Positions 37,272-44,871 of a DNA stretch of 44,871 nucleotides are shown here, piece by piece. The position numbers and the translations under genes are program-made. The DNA lies in assembly GCF_001194135.2 (NCBI RefSeq), contig NC_068983.1:15599370-15644240 (forward strand), read 5' to 3'. The notes beneath the pieces were generated by a model that was not told the DNA's origin, ran no database searches, and saw only the letters and a list, made by a program, of their open reading frames with translations. The stretch is from Octopus bimaculoides. Its lineage: Eukaryota. Every line of letters starts with the position of its first letter. Position 1 is the stretch's first letter.

Positions 37272-38673
37272 TATTAGAGGACCTCATGGAAACAGTCCTT
37301 TTACTCATCTCTCTGTTCTAGTTGTCCTGCATATGCAGTAATCACTGTTGTTGTCATTTTGTCTATGTCTAAGCTTAATTGCTGTGCTGCATAATCTCAC
37401 CACCTCAGTTAAGTAATCTACCCATTTCTTTGCCAACAACATGCTTACTCCAACCATCTCAAGTGCTGTTACCCATCCAGAAGAGCATTTGTACCTGTGC
37501 ACCTTGTCTATGTGGAATCTGAGTCTCCTCTCTATCTTAGAAGAACTGCATTGAAATACTGTGTCAGTTTAGATAAGCTAATGAAGTAAGACACTGTGTC
37601 AGAATTTGTAATTAATAATGCATTTTACCTAATCTCAACAAATAAAATATTTATGTCACTTATATTCCAATGAAAATGACCGAGTGCTAGTCATAGTTCT
37701 GGTCAATTACTGAACTTCAGAGTTTCTTTCACTCTGCCATCTCTTATTAAAGAGTGTCTACCTGCCTCATAACCTTTCTTTGTGTCTAGAAATAACATTT
37801 CTAAGCAGGTTGTTTTTTGAAAATCTTGTGTTGGTAGCGGGTTACTTTCTCTTCTGGTAGCAAGCAAGCTTTTGTTGAAATTTTTCTCCAACCAAATGTG
37901 TATTTTAAAATAGTTGGAGAATTGCATTGAGGTGTTGTATTACTATTTAGATAAGGTAATCTAGAAAGCTGTAAAGTATAAATTTGAATAAACTGGTTTC
38001 AATCATTGGACTGTGGCCATACCGTAACACTCACCTTAAGCATATAGTTGATTATATCAACCTCACAACTTGACTAACATATATTTTACTGACCTTTGAG
38101 GATTAAAGATGAAGTTAAACTAGAGAGAATTTGAACTCAGAATGTAAAATGACATAAGCAACTATCACAAAGTAACATGTACTTTACTCTACTGAGTTCT
38201 ATGTTCTACTAATACTAAAACACTAACTTGTTAATAGCAATAGTTAGGCTAGTGAAAGAAAAGTAACCTTGCATAGTGTTCAGGAAGGGAATAGTCAGGA
38301 ACTTAGTGCTGTATTATCAATGAAAAAGATTTATGACTGTTTGGTTGGAAAGCCGACCCTTTACGTTCACTTGATAAACTAACAACCTGGACAGAAGTAA
38401 TAACTAATTTATAACATTGGGGACATAACTACTGTCTGTAATAACGTATTTGGTTGAAAGTGGGAGGAAGAGGCTTAACAGATTGCCACATTTGTTTGTA
38501 ACAAAGGATTTTTTTCTCTGTACAAAAGGTAAACAATTGGAGGTGTGTGTAATAAGGGTGATATTGAATAGCAATAAACTTGGGCAGTAAATGCAGAGGA
38601 TCTCCTGCAATTACAGAATGAGTGGGTTATGGATGTGTAATATAAACATTAAGACTCTCTTTACATTGTAGTA

Positions 38674-39074
38674 TACTCTTTACTCTTTTACTTGTTTCAG
38701 TCATTTGACTGCGGCCATGCTGGAGCACCGCCTTTAGTCGAGAAAATCGACCCCAGGACTTATTCTTTGTAAGCCTAGTACTTATTCTATCGGTCGCTTT
38801 TTGCCGAACCGCTAAGTTACGGGGACGTAAACACACCAGCATCGGTTGTCAAGCAAAGTTGGGGGGACAAACACAGACACACAAACATATACACACACAT
38901 ACATACATATATATATACATATATACGACATCTACCAAATCCACTCTCAAGGCTTTGGTCGGCCAGAGGCTATAGTAGAAGACACTTGCCCAAGGTGCCA
39001 CACAGTGGGACTGAACCCGGAACCATGTGGTTGGTAAGCAAGCTACTCATCCACACTGCCACTCCTGCGCCTAT
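38674..39074 (-). mobile_element. SINE family B
   Basis: Homologous to 24899-25328. Confidence 0.85.
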
Positions 39075-39113
39075 ATTAAAAATTAAAATTCTAGTATATT
39101 AATATCTTTACCT

Positions 39114-39150
<37 letters not shown>

Positions 39151-39782
39151 CCACTATATATATATAGTCTTGTAGAATAACTAATGTATTGTTTTCTTGG
39201 AAGAACATGAAAGCTACATTGAAAATTAATGAGAATAACAATTGTGAAACTAATCTTTCTGTTACATATACTGTTTAGCTGATAATTTGTAAATTGCTGG
39301 AGATTCATTTGGCAACAGTGTTACATATGGTTTAAACTTATAAGTATACTTCATTGTGCTGAATTTTTAAATGTAACCTTACAAGAAACGATGAGCTGGC
39401 TAAGTGATTAGGAATTAATAACGTTGGCAGTTGTAGGGTGGATACAGCTATTTTGGTACAGGCTTGTAATGGCTGGTAGATACTGGTCAGTGTGAATGTT
39501 AAATTGGTAGGAACTGGACGGTGAGAGTGTAAAGTTAGTAGATGCTCTAGAAATAGTGAGGAAAACTGAAGTCAGTATTGAGAAAAGTCTGTATACCAGA
39601 GATGGTAATAAAGGCTCATGATACATGCAGTGATGCTTCACTGCAGATTTCTTCTACTCATGTCAACAATAAAAATTCTTTTGAATTTTAATCTTTGTCT
39701 GAATTACACTTAACTTCACTTTACACTTGCATATCCTATTGTAACACTATGCCCAGAAACAATGAGACTCTTGCTGCTACAA

Positions 39783-40682
39783 TATCATCGTCATCATCAT
39801 CATCATCATCATCGTTTAACGTCCGCTTTCCATGCTAGCATGGGTTGGACGATTTGACTGAGGACTGGTGAACCAAATGGCTGCACCAGGCTCCAATCTG
39901 ATTTGGCAGAGTTTCTACAGCTGGATACCCTTCCTAACGTCAACCACTCTGAGAGTGTAGTGGGTGCTTTTACATACCACCGGCACGAAGGCCAGTCACA
40001 CAGTACTGGCAATGGCCACGCTCAAAATGGTGTATTTTACGTGCCATCTGCACAGGAGCCAGTCCAGCGGCACTGGCAACGATCTCGCTCAAATGTCTTT
40101 ACACGTGCCANNNNNNNNNNNNNNNNNNNNNNNNNNNNNNNNNNNNNNNNNNNNNNNNNNNNNNNNNNNNNNNNNNNNNNNNNNNNNNNNNNNNNNNNNN
40201 NNNNNNNNNNNNNNNNNNNNNNNNNNNNNNNNNNNNNNNNNNNNNNNNNNNNNNNNNNNNNNNNNNNNNNNNNNNNNNNNNNNNNNNNNNNNNNNNNNNN
40301 NNNNNNNNNNNNNNNNNNNNNNNNNNNNNNNNNNNNNNNNNNNNNNNNNNNNNNNNNNNNNCCAATGAAGGAAACGATGTTGGCATGGGTACCAGTCGTT
40401 GAATTTAGTTTGATTTCACTTGCCTCAACAGGTCTTCACAAGCGGAGTTTAGTGTCCAATAAAGGAAGGTACGCATAAGTGGGCTGGTTACACCCCTGGC
40501 AGAGGCCTTGGATTTAGGTCTCACTTGGCTTGCCGGGTCTTCTCACGCACAACATATTTCCAAAGGTCTCGGTCAGAAGTCATTGCCTCGGTGAAGCCCA
40601 ATGTTCGAAGGTCATCCCTCACCACCTCATCCCAGGTCTTCCTGGGCCTACCTCTTCCACAGGTTCCCTCAACTGCTAGGGT
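39783..40682 (-). mobile_element. 5'-truncated RTE LINE (ORF C-terminus + full 3'UTR + (GAT)n tail), with internal gap
   Basis: Minus strand about 40520-40682 encodes TLAVEGTCGRGRPRKTWDEVVRDDLRTLGFTEAMTSDRDLWKYVVREKTRQAK*. The 3'UTR matches the other RTE tails. Confidence 0.9.
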
Positions 40683-41755
40683 GTAAGATATGTTAATGTT
40701 TCTTCAGTTTTTATTATTTGATTCCTACTTTTAGCCATTCTACTTGTGTTAGTAATATCTTTGGGGAAAGATAGCGACCATCATGACTTCATTGTTTTCC
40801 TAAAATTTGCAAGCATCTAATTCTTTCTTTACAATTAATATTTATTTTTATGTTGCTCTAAATCTAACTGACAGGTCACTCTTTAATTCTTCTTCTGGAA
40901 GTGGTGTTGTTGGACAGTGGAGTATGATCTTGGCAAAACAAGACTAATATAAATTTTAAATCACCTTTTGAAACTGCTACAGTTAGGTTGATAATGCTAT
41001 TGCAAAAGGCACATATATTACATCCCCACATTTATTTTTCCTCAGGACCGTGAAGCTTCCTTAATACTTAACAGTATAGAGTTCTATCTTGACTTTTTTT
41101 TTTGTTATACTTTTAAAATATATGCCAACTAGTTTAGTTTAATTATTTCATCTCAGAAATACTTCATATTTAACTAAATATTTTATCACAGTTTGTTATC
41201 CATTAACAGTTATAAATCCTGAACCATTTCAAAACCTTTCTGAAAGGTTTCTTTTAATTCCAAAGCAACAGCTATAATTTTAGTTTACACCACTTTTATA
41301 ATTTTCCCCCTCCTTTATCAGCAACTAATTTAAAATTTTTCTTTTAATTTTACTGCTTGGCAACCAATTTTAGTTTTTTTTTATAACCTTAACTATATGA
41401 TAATCAGAGGTTGAATATTCTTGGCATTTAACTGTACTTTCTTTAAGTTATTTATCTTTGCTAATGCCAAATAACATTTTCACCTTTATTAAAGGTTATT
41501 TCTTCTACTCCTTACTTTTTTTTACTCTATTCAGTATTTTTTTAATTTGTATAATTTTGTTATTGTTTTAACTTTTTTATACTCCATATTGCATGATATA
41601 AATAGGAGTCTGTCATATAACTCAGCGGTTATTTATTTTTTTTATTTATGTGTTTCAGCCAAGGCTGCGGTCATGCTGGTGCACCACCAGCATTTGGAAG
41701 ACTTGTTGCCTCTGTTAGCAACAAAACTTTCTGAGTTCAAAAGGCAGACTATAAA

Positions 41756-43000
41756 CATCATCATCATCATTCTTTAATGTTCGCTTTCCATGCTGGCATG
41801 GGTTGGACAGTTTGACTGAGGGCTGGCAAGCCAGAAGGCTGCACCAGACTCCAATCCAATCTGGCAGTGTTTCTACAGCTGGATGCCCTTCCTAACGCCA
41901 ACCACTCTGAGAGTGTAGTGGATGCTTTTTACATGCCACAGCACGAAGGCCAGTCAGGCAGTACTGGCATCAGCAATGCTTGAATGGTGCTTTTTACGTG
42001 CCACCAGCATGGGTGCCAATCAAGCGGTACTGTCACCGGCCATGACAACGACTTCACTTGTCTCAGCAAGTCTTTGCAAGTGCAGTTTATTGCCCAATGA
42101 TTGAAGGGTACTCTTAGATGGGCCAGTTATGCTGCACTGGCATAGGCCACAATTACGGTCTCACTTGGCTTTCTGAGTCTTCTCAAGCACAGCATTCCTT
42201 CTCTTCATTTAGCAACCTTTCATAGTGGCGTCTCCAAGTCTCTCTCCTTGCAGCCTTATTACATGCAAGTGAGCTATCATTCATGCAGACACATTTCTCT
42301 CCTATGACATCATGGTTCTCTCTCACACACTGTCTTGCAACACGATGCACTTCAAGTCTTTGGTCTTCACAACGCAGAACATTGGCAAATTTTTTCTTAT
42401 CTGCCTGCCCTCTGGCTAAATAAAACATCTCCTAGCTTCCCTTCTGGCAGTCAGATACAATTCCCTGCTACCACTATTCTTCCAGTCTTTCCATGCCTGT
42501 TTCTTTTCCCTAATGGCCCTGTCAACAACATTGTTCCACCACCACATTACCTTGGGTCGAGAGGGGACTTTGCACCATCCACAGATCTGGTCAGTAGCCC
42601 TCAACAGGTTGTCCCATAGAAACCTCCAGTTGTCTTCCACATCATATGATGCTATATCCCCTTATATTTTGTGAAAAGCTTCGAGTAATATGTCTCTAAA
42701 TCTCTGTCCATTTGCAGAATCCTTAAGCTTCCAGACCCTTCTCCTCCATGCTGGCTGTCTTCTGGGCATCCATTTAGCTCTGATCCTGAAGTCGCTAACT
42801 ACTAATCTATGTTGTGGTGTGCTTTCTTCACCTGGGAAGGTTTTGGAATTTATAAGTTGCCATTTTTCTCATTTCCCAGTGAGAATGTAATCAATTTGAC
42901 TAGTGTGTCTACCAGATAAGTAGGTGAATAGGTGGCTGGCAGGTTTCCTGTAATTAGTATTATAAACCATAAGATCATTTGTATCACAGAAAAAAAAAAT
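41756..43000 (-). mobile_element. RTE-clade LINE with endonuclease C-terminus and linker fused directly to the 3' end (RT domain absent)
   Basis: Minus frames give HLFTYLSGRHTSQIDYILT, EDNWRFLWDNLLRATDQICGWCKVPSRPKVMWWWNNVVDRAIREKKQAWKDWK and WRRHYERLLNEEKE. At about 42194 the sequence joins TGCTGTGCTTGAGAAGAC..GCCAAGTGAGACC (last ORF codons), then the 3'UTR and (GAT)n tail. Confidence 0.85.
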
Positions 43001-43238
43001 GGATTGGGTGAATAGGATCTCACCAAAGGAGATGACAACAGACAGATAAATCCCAATGTATTGCTTGACAGATCTATCCAACATATGACAGCATGAAACC
43101 ACAGTTTTTAAAATAATAAATGAAGTTCAAGTTTCTGATTTGGAGTACTTCTTAAATGTCTATTTTTCATTAGTTTAGATAATGTTTTTCTTCCATGGAC
43201 ACAAATCCTTTAATAGAAATTTATTGTATTTTGATACT

Positions 43239-43618
43239 TTGTTGGCACTCCGTCGCTTATGACGTCGAGGGTTCCAGTTGATCCAATCAACGGAACAGCC
43301 TGCTCGTGAAATTAACGTGCAAGTGGCTGAGCACTCCACAGACACGTGTACCCTTAACGTAGTTCTCGGGGATATTCAGCGTGACACAGTGTGACAAGGC
43401 TGACCCTTTGAATTACAGGCACAACAGAAACAGGAAGTAAGAGTGAGAGAAAGTTGTGGTGGAAGAGTACAGCAGGGTTCACCACCACCCGCTGTCGGAG
43501 CCTTNNNNNNNNNNNNNNNNNNNNCAATAAACACTCACAACGCCCGGTCTGGGAATCGAAACTGCGATCCTATGACCACAAGTCCGTTGCCCTAACCACT
43601 GGGCCATTGCGCCTCCAC
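43239..43618 (-). mobile_element. SINE family A, full length
   Basis: A/B-box head at about 43545-43618. 11-bp TSD ATTTTGATACT at 43228-43238 and 43619-43629. Confidence 0.9.
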
Positions 43619-43794
43619 ATTTTGATACTAGAATGAGGAAAAACAAAAGTTGACTGCAGCTGAATTTGAATCAGGAATGTGAATCATAAAGAAATACTTG
43701 GAAGTAAAGGTTTCTTGATAACTGAATTAGCCTTGTTGTAAATGATAAGCTTGTGTCATATGGTAAACAAAATACTTTGTTTCTTTATACTATG

Positions 43795-43990
43795 TTGGCA
43801 AAATTATTAGTGTCAGACAAAATGACTTGCAGTATTTGTTTTGGCTCTTTATATCAGTTTAAATTCCACCCAATGTCAGGTTTGCCTTTGATCTTTCCAG
43901 GGTCAATAAAATAAAGTACCATTCAAGTATTGGGGTTGATATAAGCAACCTAACCCCTACTGCTAAATTTCTGGCTTTGTACTTATGTGA
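43795..43990 (+). mobile_element. SINE family C, degraded
   Basis: CAGACAAAATG..GGGTCAATAAAATAAAGTACC..TGGGGTTGAT. A similar old copy lies at about 25480-25690. Confidence 0.55.
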
Positions 43991-44289
43991 GAGATCACTA
44001 TCATCTTAACCTTGTTTGTTGCAGCAAGGATTATGAATGTGTTAGATAAACAAAATATAGCGTTCACTGTGATTGTACTCCGTAGAGAAAGGATTAATTA
44101 AAAATTGAGAAATATAATGAATCATAATTAGAAGAGTTCTCAGTTGCTAAAATAAATATAGAATGTCTTGTTAATGTTATCAATCAATCTTTAAGCTAAA
44201 TGCATAGAAATATTGGAACACAACACTGTAAGCTAAATGAATAGCTGTTAAGTATTATTTTAAATATTAACTGACTGATATGATTGCTA

Positions 44290-44479
44290 GTGTTTAGCTT
44301 TAGGCTGGCTTTGATTGCTGGTTTTTATCTGTTATCAAGATGCCCTCATTGTGACCATCCTGTCTTTTTGTATATCAGGATTTACATTCTCAAGCGTTTC
44401 CTATTTTAAGAGTGTAGTGTGATTCAAGGGAGATTCAGCTGTTATTTCTAGCAAGTCCATTGGTCATGTAGAGGCACCT
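44290..44479 (-). repeat. Family D copy
   Basis: TGTGACCATCC..GGGAGATTCAGCTGTTATTTCTAGC..GTAGAGGCACC. Confidence 0.6.
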
Positions 44480-44633
44480 GAAATTTATTCCATCAGTTTG
44501 TTTTCTTAAATTCTACTAATCTTGTTCTTGGTTTATTCATATTATTCTCTTCCCCCATTTATTTACATCAATGTGTCCAATTATTATGTTAATAAATTAC
44601 ACACACACACACACACACACACGCATATGCACA

Positions 44634-44676
<43 letters not shown>

Positions 44677-44871
44677 TTCATTTCTCAGCTTAAGAATACT
44701 CTGTTTCTTGGCATTACTCCAGTATTGCCATGACCAGGAGGCTGAAACTAATGCAAGAATATGTATAGATGCAAAATAAAAACGGATGACTGAACAATCA
44801 AAATATAAATGGATGGAAGCTGTTTTATGCTGAGTTATTATTAATCGCATCAGCTGAATGTGGTGCCTAGC

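Larger units (their letters stand above)
35327..37560 (-). mobile_element. Old RTE-clade LINE (APE endonuclease + linker + ORF C-terminus, RT absent), interrupted by a SINE and a hAT MITE
   Basis: Degenerate motifs in order on the minus strand: HRYK..VGVSMLLAKKWVD (about 37400-37500), GDFKGHVG (36850-36872), ITYPSGEHTGQIDFIL, KVWKLK, MEDNWWFIHDNL, VWKRYYDKLLNDNE. After a junction at about 35607 come IRCSM..LSWYGHL and a (GAT)n-like tail at 35327-35352. Confidence 0.75.

Noticed and set aside
26410-37927. Protein-looking short ORFs at 26410-26598, 27720-27884, 28792-29040, 29902-30093, 33452-33652 and 37703-37927
   Set aside because: No recognisable homology, inconsistent splice sites or phases, and in-frame stops nearby.
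1-44871. CRISPR array or prokaryotic/viral system
   Set aside because: No regularly spaced repeat-spacer array, operon-like ORF density or cas-like ORFs. The sequence is eukaryotic non-coding DNA.

Overview
AT-rich, repeat-dense eukaryotic genomic DNA with 10 assembly gaps. The repeat families point to an octopus (coleoid cephalopod) genome; this is inferred from repeat recognition, not from a search. I found no intact protein-coding gene, RNA gene or CRISPR array. The window contains three tRNA-derived SINE families (A, B, C), a fourth SINE-like dispersed repeat (D), several RTE-clade LINE copies, a 5'-truncated R4/Dong-like RLE retrotransposon, a CR1/Jockey-type RT fragment, two hAT MITEs with exact 8-bp TSDs, and a foldback-type element. 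The most unusual items are three. (1) A 215-bp GC-rich palindromic MITE (16101-16315) with a perfect 9-bp TSD, hairpin-forming arms and outward-facing TTAGGG telomeric tracts. (2) Two RTE copies of different age that both keep the endonuclease/linker region and the 3' tail but have lost the whole RT domain from nearly the same left breakpoint. (3) A sharp CpG-rich to CpG-poor transition near 21-22 kb, which suggests an unidentified methylated plus-strand gene body starting at about 20.4 kb.
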